From assembly GCA_002791295.1 (NCBI GenBank), contig PFWU01000001.1, positions 1-51,852 on the forward strand: DNA of 51,852 nt, read 5' to 3'. The stretch is from Candidatus Uhrbacteria bacterium CG_4_9_14_3_um_filter_50_9. GTDB taxonomy: Bacteria; Patescibacteriota; Patescibacteriia; UBA9934; GWF2-40-263. Within the stretch, counting starts at the first letter, position 1. Every line of letters begins with the position of its first letter. Of this stretch, positions 25,374 through 33,410 are shown in pieces. The notes under the pieces are model-generated. The model ran no database searches. It worked only from the letters and a program-made list of their open reading frames with translations, and was not told where the DNA came from. A program made the position numbers and the translations under genes.

Positions 25374-26618
25374 TCAGAATCGTTCGGTCCAGTCGACCCA
25401 GCACATCACGTGCGAGCCGTGGATCGCATTGTAGGCCACAGACCCGTCGGGAGTCCTGTGAAGGTTCCATGCGTGAGGAACCCAATCGTGAGGTCGCTGA
25501 CCGACAAAGGGCGTATCAAACTGCCCGTTGTACAAGATGATGGCGTCAATCGACCCCTGTGACCCCACGAGGAGATCACGGACGTGCTCACCTCTTGGAA
25601 TAACCCTGTGTGAGTTTGGGGTGAGCACCACCTCTTGACCGTCTTCCTCGTGGATGACGGCTGCAAAGGTCTGACCGTTATCGGACCAGTACAGGCCACC
25701 CTGCTCCATGGTGAAGCTCCCCTCGTACACCAGCTCCATGTTCAAGTAGAGCTGACGCTGCCAACCGGTGCGCCTACGCACACGTGAGAGGAAGGCGATC
25801 GAGTTCCCTCGAGGACCACTCCAGGCCATCTCGATGAGACCCTCGACCTCTGTTTCACTGTTCCCGATGAGTGATCCGAACTCACGCAGGAACGAATGTT
25901 CCTGACCACGGACGGCGAGGAAGAGTCGGTCACCCCACACAAGGAGCTGGACAGGAACCTCACCCGCGCCACACGGCGCATTGGTGAACGATTCCATCTG
26001 ACCGTGAGTGAAACGGTAGGTGTAGAGGAACGGATGATCTGGGTACTGCTCGAGGATGAGCACGGACCCGTCATGAGTGACCGTCACTTTGGCGCTTGCC
26101 TCCAAGGGAAGCAGGCCTTGTTCGGTTACGAGAAGTTGTTTGAGGTCCTGCTGACCCACGAGCACCATTCGGTCGCCACTCGGAGACATCGCTGTGAGGC
26201 GGTCGAGGTTGACGAGCTTGAATGTCTGGTAAGGACTCAGGTGCCAAACACCTGCCTGTCGATCCCCTTTCACGCGCCCATAGACGAGCACGGAGTCCTG
26301 GCGGACTCGGAGGATCTGTGGATGGAACACATTGCCGCACAGGTCCGTAGACTCGAACGGAGGGCCCAGCTCACCGAGGTCTGTGTGGTGTGCGAGGATC
26401 AATCCGTGAGCGTCTGGCTGGAGGATTACGGCCTCCAAGCCACGACGGCTGACCGTGAGTTGACTGCTGCTGATCAAGCTGGTCACCTGATCGGTGTCCA
26501 ACGATTCTGGCATTGGCAGCACAAAGTGTGCCTCTCCCCGCATGAACGGCTGATCTATCCTGATCGGCGCGTAGCGGGACCCGGTAGCAAGGTACCGGGA
26601 AGGTACCACCGGATACAT
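25374..26618 (-). CDS. GC-rich cassette 5: repeat-rich all-beta protein (possibly TolB/PD40-like propeller), function unknown
   Basis: Recurrent strand-turn motifs (SPSGDRMVLVG, HDGSVLILEQ, WGDRLFLAVRG, PRGNSIAFLS, DNGQTFAAVIH, TPDGSVAYNAI). AGGAG lies 7 nt before ATG 26618. Confidence 0.6.
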   Translation of the reverse strand: MYPVVPSRYLATGSRYAPIRIDQPFMRGEAHFVLPMPESLDTDQVTSLISSSQLTVSRRGLEAVILQPDAHGLILAHHTDLGELGPPFESTDLCGNVFHPQILRVRQDSVLVYGRVKGDRQAGVWHLSPYQTFKLVNLDRLTAMSPSGDRMVLVGQQDLKQLLVTEQGLLPLEASAKVTVTHDGSVLILEQYPDHPFLYTYRFTHGQMESFTNAPCGAGEVPVQLLVWGDRLFLAVRGQEHSFLREFGSLIGNSETEVEGLIEMAWSGPRGNSIAFLSRVRRRTGWQRQLYLNMELVYEGSFTMEQGGLYWSDNGQTFAAVIHEEDGQEVVLTPNSHRVIPRGEHVRDLLVGSQGSIDAIILYNGQFDTPFVGQRPHDWVPHAWNLHRTPDGSVAYNAIHGSHVMCWVDWTERF

Positions 26619-26679
26619 GGTGACTCTCCTTGGTTAGCAAGCGGAACGCAACCTGTGGATGCAGGCAGGCGGTCATCTC

Positions 26680-26708
26680 AACCTAGTGCTATTTCCGCTT
26701 ATTGTCAA
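26680..26708 (-). promoter_or_regulatory. Cassette 5 promoter TTGACA-17-TAGGTT
   Basis: rc of 26703-26708 = TTGACA; rc of 26680-26685 = TAGGTT; 17-nt spacer. Confidence 0.6.
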
Positions 26709-26844
26709 CCTATAAGCGTGGACGTAAACTGTTTGTATTATGGGAGGAGACTTCAATCCTCACACGCAAAAACACCCTATGTTGTGATACACCTAAAAGC
26801 AGAAGAATTTACCTTATAAATATGCTTTTAGTTATCACAATCCT

Positions 26845-28083
26845 ATGTTGAATCAATTTGACCCAGAGATCGCCGATGCCCTGAATCGTGAAGTAAAGCG
26901 CCAGCAGGAAGGGCTTGAGATGATCCCGAGCGAAAACTTTGTTTCCGAAGCGGTGCTTGAGGCCCTTGGTTCCATCGCAACTAATAAATACTCTGAAGGA
27001 TACCCGGGTAAACGCTACTATGGTGGGTGTCATGAAATTGATGTTCTTGAAACGCTTGCCATTGATCGTGCAAAAGAACTCTTTGGGGCCGAGCACGTAA
27101 ACGTCCAGCCACTCTCTGGCGCTCCTGCGAACCTCGCTGCTTATGTTGCGTTGCTTGAACCTGGAGATACGGTGCTCGGCATGGACCTCTCGCACGGCGG
27201 ACATCTCACACATGGTCACCCTGTCACCCACCCTGCACAGGTGTGGAACTTCGTCCGTTATAAAACTACCCCAGAAGGATTCATTGATTATACGGACATT
27301 GAAGCAAAGGCTCGTGAACATAAACCAAAACTTATTCTCGTTGGCTATTCTGCTTACTCTCGCGAAATCGATTACGAACGCATCAAAAAAATTGCCGACG
27401 AGGTAGGGGCCCTCACCATGGCTGACATGGCACATATCGCTGGACTCATTGCAGCCGGTGAGATGAATAACCCCGTTCCCATCTTTGACGTCGTCACAAC
27501 CACGACCCACAAGACCCTCCGTGGTCCACGAGGCGGAATGATCCTTTGCAAAAAGAAGTTCAAGAAAGCCATTGATCGAGCCGTCTTCCCTGGCTTGCAA
27601 GGTGGTCCACATGAAAACAATATTGCGGCGAAAGCCGTTGCCTTTAAGGAGGCCTTGCAGCCGGAGTTCAAAGATTACGCCAAGCAAATTAAAAAGAATG
27701 CTAAGGTTCTTGAAGAAGAATTTCGTAAGCGTGAATACCGATTGCTGTTTGGAGGAACCGATAACCATCTCCTGCTTGTAGACGTGACCCCTAAGGGAAT
27801 TGGTGGTCAGCAGGCAGAAACTGCCCTCGACAAGGCCGGCATCACCGTAAATAAGAATGCGATTCCAGATGATGAACGATCCTATGTTGATCCATCAGGA
27901 ATTCGCTTCGGTACCCCAGCCATCACCACCCGAGGCATGAAGGAAGATGAAATGCGGCGCATCGCTGACTGGATGGATCGAGCGATGATGAACTGGGGGG
28001 ATGATGAGGCGTTAGAAAAAATTCGAGAGGAGGTCAAAACCCTCACAGCACAATTCCCTCTTTATCCAGGATTAATCTATTAG
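26845..28083 (+). CDS. glyA: Serine hydroxymethyltransferase
   Basis: SHGGHLTHG, TTTTHKTLRGPRGG (PLP lysine region). Confidence 0.95.
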   Translation: MLNQFDPEIADALNREVKRQQEGLEMIPSENFVSEAVLEALGSIATNKYSEGYPGKRYYGGCHEIDVLETLAIDRAKELFGAEHVNVQPLSGAPANLAAYVALLEPGDTVLGMDLSHGGHLTHGHPVTHPAQVWNFVRYKTTPEGFIDYTDIEAKAREHKPKLILVGYSAYSREIDYERIKKIADEVGALTMADMAHIAGLIAAGEMNNPVPIFDVVTTTTHKTLRGPRGGMILCKKKFKKAIDRAVFPGLQGGPHENNIAAKAVAFKEALQPEFKDYAKQIKKNAKVLEEEFRKREYRLLFGGTDNHLLLVDVTPKGIGGQQAETALDKAGITVNKNAIPDDERSYVDPSGIRFGTPAITTRGMKEDEMRRIADWMDRAMMNWGDDEALEKIREEVKTLTAQFPLYPGLIY

Positions 28084-28110
28084 AAAAGACGAACTCAAGT
28101 TCGTCTTCGT
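28084..28110. terminator. Bidirectional terminator between glyA and rdgB
   Basis: AAGACGAAC-tcaa-GTTCGTCTT, 9-bp stem filling the whole gap. Confidence 0.6.
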
Positions 28111-28710
28111 CTAGATCATTTGTTCAAGAAACGCTTTGAGCTGCGTGAATGCGCGTCCGCGATGGCTCAAGGTGTTTTTTTGTTCGCTCGTCATCTCGCC
28201 AAAGGTTTGTTCGTATCCATTTGGCTGAAAGATCTCGTCGTAGGGCATGCCTTTGTGGTGGGTCCCACGACGGGTCATGGTAATTGTGCCTGGCACCATT
28301 CCCTCGAACGTGTGGATTTCTCCGGCGGGTGAGACTAAAGCAGCAACGGAATGGAACGAGGCCTGCCGTTCCCCTTCTCGCACAGCATGCAGTTGTTTGA
28401 GCGTGTACTCGATCAGATCCTCGTCGAGAGTTTCTGGTCCTGCCCAGCGAGCCGTCTGAACACCCGGGCGTCCACCGAGGGCGTTAATGCACACACCAGA
28501 GTCATCAGCCACGGCCCACTCCCCCGTGCGCTGAGCAACGAAGGCAGCCTTCTTGATTGCATTCCCTTCGAAGGTGTCCTGATCCTCTTCGACATCCTCA
28601 TAGACACCTGCTTCCTTGGCACTCATGACTTCAATACCGAGACTTGAAAGCATCTCGGCGATCTCACGAAGCTTTCCTGGATTGTGTGTAGCGAAAATGA
28701 GTTTTTTCAT
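28111..28710 (-). CDS. rdgB: dITP/XTP pyrophosphatase (Ham1/RdgB)
   Basis: MKKLIFATHNPGKLREI, SHRGRAF. Start taken at ATG 28710; the ORF-track extension to 28857 runs through the cassette-6 promoter and start. Confidence 0.88.
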   Translation of the reverse strand: MKKLIFATHNPGKLREIAEMLSSLGIEVMSAKEAGVYEDVEEDQDTFEGNAIKKAAFVAQRTGEWAVADDSGVCINALGGRPGVQTARWAGPETLDEDLIEYTLKQLHAVREGERQASFHSVAALVSPAGEIHTFEGMVPGTITMTRRGTHHKGMPYDEIFQPNGYEQTFGEMTSEQKNTLSHRGRAFTQLKAFLEQMI

Positions 28711-28726
28711 AATTGTGCTCTTGGCC

Positions 28727-28755
28727 CGGACAAAAAGACTATCATGCGTTAGATT
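28727..28755 (+). promoter_or_regulatory. Cassette 6 promoter CGGACA-17-TAGATT
   Basis: CGGACA 28727-28732 (4/6 match to TTGACA), TAGATT 28750-28755. Confidence 0.45.
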
Positions 28756-28787
28756 ATGACGCCAACCACAAACAGAGAGGAGGTGGC

Positions 28788-29804
28788 ATGAACCCGCAAG
28801 AAGACACACGTCGAGAGGCATCCAGGAAGCTGATCGAGGCGATCGGCATCGAGGCATTCCTCGAGATGTTCGGACCCCTCATCGGTCGGACCATGAAGGA
28901 CTGCGCCGAGCGCGTGATCGCTTCGTTCCCCAAGTACCAGGACAGCAACGAATTCGAGATCAAGCGCATCAGGGACAACGGAAGCCCCGACTGGGTGGGC
29001 AAGGCCGACAAGCGGGCACAGCAGGTCTACGAGAAGCTGATCCGTGAGGACTGGGTCCACACCTTCGGCTTCGGCATGATCGGTGAGGAGGACGACCTCA
29101 GAATCCCCTGTGTTATCCCCGGCCACGATGTCTACTTCACCTGCGACCCGTACGACGGAACCGGTGCGATGAAGCGTGGCCAGTCACACGGCGTGGGAAC
29201 CATGGTCGCACTCGTGTGCGACGGGAAGGTTGTTGCAGCGCTCGTTGGCGACACCAACAGCCAGGAGCTCTACTACTTCCGGCCTGGCTCAGACAAGACC
29301 CACCGGATCAAGCTGCGTTCGCAGACATCGAATGAGCTCGTCATCGACGATCAGCTCCCCCTGGCCGAGCAGGTCTTACTGCTCAGGTCCATGCCCTTCG
29401 AGCTCAGCCGTGTCATCCAGGCCATGGTCGTCGATCAGGGCAAGGAGCTCTTCAAGAAGGCCGTCGCAACCAACGGTTCGATCGGCGTCTCCATGGCTCA
29501 GCTCTGGAAGGGCGAGGTCGGCGGCGCAGTCATGGCACTCGGGAACTCGACCCCCTGGGACACGAGCCCGGTCATCGGCCTGAGTCTGAGACTCGGCTTC
29601 GACTTCTACTACGTGCAGAGTCCGACCAAGTATTCCTTCCACCATGCACAACAAGGTGAACCCATGGGGAGGCTGGTCCGCTACAGTCCAGTTCCACCCA
29701 AGGAGACGGTGAACGAACCTCACGAGATCTTCGTGGTCCACTCTTCAAGACGCGAGGAGCTGGTCGCCTGGGGCGAGCGGCGCAACATCCGCGTCACCAT
29801 CTAG
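28788..29804 (+). CDS. GC-rich cassette 6: inositol-monophosphatase/FBPase/CysQ-fold phosphatase-like protein
   Basis: MIGEEDD (metal-binding EE), CDPYDGTGAM (DPxDGT motif), PWDTSPVIG (WD motif). AGGAGG 28778-28783 lies 4 nt before ATG 28788. Confidence 0.65.
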   Translation: MNPQEDTRREASRKLIEAIGIEAFLEMFGPLIGRTMKDCAERVIASFPKYQDSNEFEIKRIRDNGSPDWVGKADKRAQQVYEKLIREDWVHTFGFGMIGEEDDLRIPCVIPGHDVYFTCDPYDGTGAMKRGQSHGVGTMVALVCDGKVVAALVGDTNSQELYYFRPGSDKTHRIKLRSQTSNELVIDDQLPLAEQVLLLRSMPFELSRVIQAMVVDQGKELFKKAVATNGSIGVSMAQLWKGEVGGAVMALGNSTPWDTSPVIGLSLRLGFDFYYVQSPTKYSFHHAQQGEPMGRLVRYSPVPPKETVNEPHEIFVVHSSRREELVAWGERRNIRVTI

Positions 29805-29827
29805 CCGAGCAACGTCGCTCGGTTTTC
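29805..29827 (+). terminator. Cassette 6 terminator
   Basis: CCGAGC-aacgtc-GCTCGG then TTTTC. It abuts the stop codon of the convergent gene at 29828. Confidence 0.65.
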
Positions 29828-30889
29828 TTATTCAAATTGACTCATCTCTACGAGGTGCGGAATCACATAGTTCACAAAATGATTTCCATTTTCCACAACG
29901 GGCACTGTCTCTTCGTTGTAGACCGTGTTCCAATCTCCTGCGTTTACACGGAACCAGGTGACAAATGAATTGCGGACGGACTCGAGCATTTCAACCGTGT
30001 GCCCATACGTGGGTTGGATATGGTCTTTCTCTTGCTGAATACGCCAATAGTACCCAAGCCCATCAACCCCTTTCATAAACTCAGCGGCTTCACGCTCTGC
30101 CCAGTATGTGTCATCTGCACAATCATGGTCGGCGGGACTCACCTCTTCCCTATCCTCACCCATTACACGTCCTAACTTACAACCAATCGTCGTAAAAAAT
30201 CGACTTGAGGGCCCCTCCCAATCTGAGAGGAATTTAATACCGAGCTCTGGATAACGAGCAACAACACCTGCGGCACCTGTGACTCCATACGAAAAACTTG
30301 CTAGGCCAATATTGTATGGATTCACAACTGTGAACTTTTTTGCCGCTTGAACAATGGCAGCAATACCATCTTGATCAGCAAAACCATAGAAATCCTGTTC
30401 ACCCTCACTTTCACCAACACCGAGTGTTTGAAAGGCAACAACGACAAACCCTTCTGCTGCGAGCCATTCCATCTCGTTTACGTCATCTTTCGGAGCGACG
30501 GTAAATCCAGATCCATCACCAATGCCACCTGAGAGCAGGACAACCATGGGCAGAGAGCTGTACCCATCAGGAATGGCATACCAAACCTTTTGAACATGAA
30601 ACGTGTTCGGATTTACGATCTCAGCCTCATAGGTCTGAATGGTCGTGCCACGGACATCAGTTGTTCTAAAGGATTCTCCTGACGTGATCTCTGCATCCAG
30701 AATACGATTCCACACTGCATCTTCATTCCCCACAGTCTCTTCGTCTAATTCCACAAAAGGATCATCCAGTCCTTGTACTTCACGTAACAACTCCTCAATG
30801 TAAACCTGTTCTGTTTTGGAATAATTCCACGCCCTCAAACCACCAAAGGCCAGAGCTGTGAGGACGACAAAAAGTACGGCACGTTTCAT
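29828..30889 (-). CDS. Secreted protein, possibly an alpha/beta-hydrolase
   Basis: Signal peptide MKRAVLFVVLTALAFGG (start taken at ATG 30889). GLASFSYGVTG could be a nucleophile elbow variant. Functional call is weak. Confidence 0.5.
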   Translation of the reverse strand: MKRAVLFVVLTALAFGGLRAWNYSKTEQVYIEELLREVQGLDDPFVELDEETVGNEDAVWNRILDAEITSGESFRTTDVRGTTIQTYEAEIVNPNTFHVQKVWYAIPDGYSSLPMVVLLSGGIGDGSGFTVAPKDDVNEMEWLAAEGFVVVAFQTLGVGESEGEQDFYGFADQDGIAAIVQAAKKFTVVNPYNIGLASFSYGVTGAAGVVARYPELGIKFLSDWEGPSSRFFTTIGCKLGRVMGEDREEVSPADHDCADDTYWAEREAAEFMKGVDGLGYYWRIQQEKDHIQPTYGHTVEMLESVRNSFVTWFRVNAGDWNTVYNEETVPVVENGNHFVNYVIPHLVEMSQFE

Positions 30890-30907
30890 TGTATCTTGAT
30901 TCATAAA

Positions 30908-30936
30908 TTGAATGCTTTGTAGCCACATGATAACAT
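30908..30936 (+). promoter_or_regulatory. Promoter TTGAAT-17-TAACAT aimed at the 5' arm of the folD-upstream palindrome
   Basis: TTGAAT 30908-30913, TAACAT 30931-30936. The predicted start (~30943) coincides with the first paired bases (30940-30943). Confidence 0.5.
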
Positions 30937-30939
30937 AGT

Positions 30940-31100
30940 GGGGCTATCCCAAAACTCCGACATGAGCATCTTGCACAGCACAGCCGGCTGCAGCTTGGTA
31001 AAAAAACAGAGAAATAGCGCTGCTATTCCTCTATTTTTTCACCGGCGCTTCGCTCGACTGTGCTGGCAATCTGCATCATGCGGAGTTGTGGGACAGCCCC
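30940..31100. ncRNA. ~160-nt long imperfect palindrome / candidate structured RNA (6S-like closing stem, bubble, apical stem), strand unresolved
   Basis: 30940-30959 pairs with 31081-31100 (18 bp plus 2 mismatches). 30961-30983 pairs with 31058-31080 (20 bp with bulges). Unpaired 13/14-nt bubble (30984-30996 / 31044-31057). Apical stem 30997-31018 / 31022-31043. Confidence 0.5.
30997..31044. terminator. Central bidirectional terminator-like hairpin of the folD-upstream palindrome
   Basis: A7-stem-loop-stem-T6. The 11-bp core AGAGAAATAGC/GCTATTCCTCT has an A-C mismatch in the + sense that becomes a G-U pair in the - sense, where it is followed by GTTTTTTT. Confidence 0.55.
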
Positions 31101-31115
31101 TAGCGCCGCTTTTTT

Positions 31116-31955
31116 ATGGCAAAAATTCTCGATGGAAAATTACTAGCTCTCACGATTCGCGGTAAGATTCGCGATCGTGTCAGCACCCTCCCTTCAGAGC
31201 CAGGCCTGGCGGTGTTGTTGGTTGGAAATGACCCGGCATCCCACACCTACGTTGACTTGAAAAAAGTTGCGTGCGAAGAAGCGGGCATTCATTTTGAATT
31301 GTTTCTTTATGATGCGAGCGTGGGTGAACAAGAGTTGATTGATAAAATCCATGAGCTCAATCTACGAACAAACATCCATGGAATTCTCGTACAGCTTCCC
31401 CTCCCCACTCAGGACGCACATGTCATCATTCCTGAAATCGATCCATTAAAAGATGTGGATGGTTTCCACGCTGAAAATCTCAAGCGGCTGCGTGAAGGAA
31501 AACCTTGCATTGCCTCTGCAGTTGCGCTCGGGGTCATGAAGCTTATTCGTGCAGCTGTCGGTGACGGACCTCTCCCACCCACGGCCACGATTGTGTCTTC
31601 ACCTTTTTTTGCCGTCCCACTCGAAACACTCCTGAGAGAACAACGGGTGGAAGTCACAGTGACTCAGGCTGAAGACCCTGAGCTGGTGGACAAAACAAAA
31701 AAAGCGGACATCTTAGTTGTTGCAGAAGGGATCCCCAACCTCATCCGTGCCACACATGTGAAACCTGGCGCTATCGTTATCGATGTTGGAACGACCAAGG
31801 TGAACGAGGTATTAAAGGGTGATGTGGATTTTGATGCTGTCGAACCCATCGCAAGCGCTATCACTCCTGTCCCAGGGGGTGTCGGGCCTATGACCGTCGC
31901 CATGCTGCTTGTGAATATTCTCAAAGCCTACCAACTTCAGAATATTGACACATAA
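31116..31955 (+). CDS. folD: Bifunctional methylenetetrahydrofolate dehydrogenase/cyclohydrolase
   Basis: Family-typical full-length sequence (ILDGK, VGNDPAS..YV..K, GILVQLPLP, PVPGGVGPMT). Confidence 0.93.
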   Translation: MAKILDGKLLALTIRGKIRDRVSTLPSEPGLAVLLVGNDPASHTYVDLKKVACEEAGIHFELFLYDASVGEQELIDKIHELNLRTNIHGILVQLPLPTQDAHVIIPEIDPLKDVDGFHAENLKRLREGKPCIASAVALGVMKLIRAAVGDGPLPPTATIVSSPFFAVPLETLLREQRVEVTVTQAEDPELVDKTKKADILVVAEGIPNLIRATHVKPGAIVIDVGTTKVNEVLKGDVDFDAVEPIASAITPVPGGVGPMTVAMLLVNILKAYQLQNIDT

Positions 31956-31973
31956 GCCTGTTTCGTGTAGATT
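31945..31973 (+). promoter_or_regulatory. Cassette 7 promoter TTGACA-17-TAGATT
   Basis: TTGACA 31945-31950 lies inside the last codons of folD (stop 31953-31955). TAGATT 31968-31973. Confidence 0.55.
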
Positions 31974-32026
31974 CATGCGTTCGTGAGGTAAACCTCGCGT
32001 ACGTCTCATCTACACGGAGGCGAGCA

Positions 32027-32344
32027 ATGATCGCACTGCAGAAGGAGGGCTTCAAGGCCCGTGTGTTCGTCACCACCGACGAAAGGGCGGTGGGAGTCGT
32101 CCTGTACGAGGACGACAAAAGCGTGGGTGGCCTCCGCATCGAGACCACCGACAGCGAATCGGCGCTCCGCCAGGTCGAGCACTGGCTTTCCAACTACGAG
32201 TTGGAACTCGAGGATGAGCTGGAGACGGCTGTCTTGGATGAGCTCGAGACGCTCGAGCGAGTCCGCACCGAGGGCGCTGATGCGGTCGGCTGGCTCGGGA
32301 GCCAGAGCGACCGACGACTGCCCGCGAGCAGCCTCATCGCCTGA
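32027..32344 (+). CDS. GC-rich cassette 7: small acidic protein (105 aa), unknown
   Basis: GGAGG 32016-32020 lies 6 nt before ATG 32027. D/E-rich helix NYELELEDELETAVLDELETLERV. Own hairpin terminator. Confidence 0.5.
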   Translation: MIALQKEGFKARVFVTTDERAVGVVLYEDDKSVGGLRIETTDSESALRQVEHWLSNYELELEDELETAVLDELETLERVRTEGADAVGWLGSQSDRRLPASSLIA

Positions 32345-32364
32345 CCGGCCAACATCTCTCAACG

Positions 32365-32397
32365 GCCCGTGGACACTGATCCACGGGCTTTCAATTT
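32365..32397 (+). terminator. Cassette 7 terminator
   Basis: GCCCGTGGA-cactga-TCCACGGGC then TTTCAATTT. Confidence 0.65.
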
Positions 32398-32425
32398 GAA
32401 AACCACTGGTGATTTACCAGTGGTT
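32392..32425 (-). terminator. Cassette 8 terminator
   Basis: Minus sense AACCACTGG-taaatca-CCAGTGGTT then TTCAAATT. The TAA stop sits in the loop. Confidence 0.65.
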
Positions 32426-33310
32426 GCGCGGGTGACCTGGGCTTCTTTCGTAGAACGGAAGTACCTGATCGAGTCCCGTCATCACCTCAGCGTAGGGTGT
32501 GCGGGTGCGAAGGTAGTTGACCTCGTAGGCGGGCGTGTATTCGTTGACCATCAGCCCCACCTGTCCACCAAGTGCAAGCGGAAGCGCCAGGTCGAGCTCG
32601 AAGATATCGCCAACGACTGTCACCTGGGCCCACGTGATGCCATGCTGATTCCTCAACTTGTTGAGGACCTCAAAGTAGTGGGGGCGCCTGAGCTGCACTG
32701 GTCTGTTGAGACCTGGGATGCGAAGTTCGAACGGTTCCACATCCAATCCACCAGGCAGGTACTTCTTCGCACGCCCATGAACACGAGGCAGCCACCAGTT
32801 GATGAAGGCGGCTCCATAGAGGGTGTCGCATTCGTCTGCCAACATCATCCCCATGCGACGGATCTTCTCCTGGACCGGCTCCGTGTGCGAGTTGGTGACG
32901 ATGTAGCAGTCGAGCTCCTGACGCATAATTGCGACCAAGAGATCCTTGGCTCCGTTCGCGAAATGCATCGTTGTGCGCTGATAGTTCTGACTGTAGAGCG
33001 TCCCTGTCAGAAGCTCCCTGCGTGCGTCAGGATCTTGGTAGATGCCCGCTTCATCGAAGATCATCTCCGCAATCGGCTTGATCCGGAGGTAGGGGTCGAC
33101 TGTGGCAGGAGCCATGATGACTCCATCGACCTTCCATCCGTGCGATCCAGGATCTGCGGCGATCAAAGCTGCGATCTGCTCAGCACGCTGCTGGACGCGA
33201 TCAAGCGTCCATCCTGTGAGTCGGGCGATGTCCTGAAGGAATCCCACCGTAAACGGTGTACCCTCCTGTTCCACATCCGTCAGCGTTCCGTCGAAATCTA
33301 GCACGAGCAT
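32414..33310 (-). CDS. GC-rich cassette 8: HAD-superfamily phosphatase-like protein
   Basis: Start MLVLDFDGTLTD (HAD motif I) at ATG 33310, preceded by AGGAGAGG. Also IVTNS (motif II) and VVGDIFELD (motif IV). The ORF track extends to 33340. Confidence 0.7.
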   Translation of the reverse strand: MLVLDFDGTLTDVEQEGTPFTVGFLQDIARLTGWTLDRVQQRAEQIAALIAADPGSHGWKVDGVIMAPATVDPYLRIKPIAEMIFDEAGIYQDPDARRELLTGTLYSQNYQRTTMHFANGAKDLLVAIMRQELDCYIVTNSHTEPVQEKIRRMGMMLADECDTLYGAAFINWWLPRVHGRAKKYLPGGLDVEPFELRIPGLNRPVQLRRPHYFEVLNKLRNQHGITWAQVTVVGDIFELDLALPLALGGQVGLMVNEYTPAYEVNYLRTRTPYAEVMTGLDQVLPFYERSPGHPRNHW

Positions 33311-33341
33311 GACCTCTCCTCTTTTAGATAGAGCGACCACA

Positions 33342-33370
33342 AATATAATGGGGCCAGCCTACTCTGTCAA
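33342..33370 (-). promoter_or_regulatory. Cassette 8 promoter TTGACA-17-TATATT
   Basis: rc of 33365-33370 = TTGACA; rc of 33342-33347 = TATATT. Confidence 0.6.
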
Positions 33371-33380
33371 TTGAGCAATC

Positions 33381-33410
33381 ATAAAAACAGAGGCTGACCC
33401 TCTGTTTTTT
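33381..33410 (-). terminator. Terminator of membrane-protein gene 33411-33857
   Basis: Minus sense AAAAAACAGAGG-gtcag-CCTCTGTTTTT. Confidence 0.7.

Noticed and set aside
26740-26787. 15-codon mini-ORF (MGGDFNPHTQKHPML) and small hairpin upstream of glyA, considered as a possible leader peptide or attenuator.
   Set aside because: It has no Ser/Gly/Met-rich regulatory codons, no alternative terminator/antiterminator pairing and no convincing promoter spacing.
25896-26819. 307-aa plus-strand ORF.
   Set aside because: Antisense to cassette 5 and running across its promoter. It has no SD or promoter of its own. This is the typical long open antisense frame of GC-rich DNA.
26809-27768. 319-aa minus-strand ORF.
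   Set aside because: Antisense to glyA, whose identity is unambiguous. The product is low-complexity with no motifs.
30940-31115. ZTP (pfl) or THF riboswitch controlling folD.
   Set aside because: I could not find the conserved ZTP cores (GACUGGCG-like plus CCGCCUGGGC-like) or a THF-like fold. The region is a simple long palindrome instead.
30938-31165. 75-aa plus-strand ORF spanning the folD-upstream gap.
   Set aside because: It reads through the long palindrome and into folD out of frame. It has no SD or leaderless promoter spacing. RNA structure explains the region better.
32369-33301. 310-aa plus-strand ORF.
   Set aside because: Antisense to cassette 8. The minus frame carries DFDGTLTD/VTNS/GDxxxD and the regulatory signals. 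The plus frame starts inside the terminators of cassettes 7 and 8.
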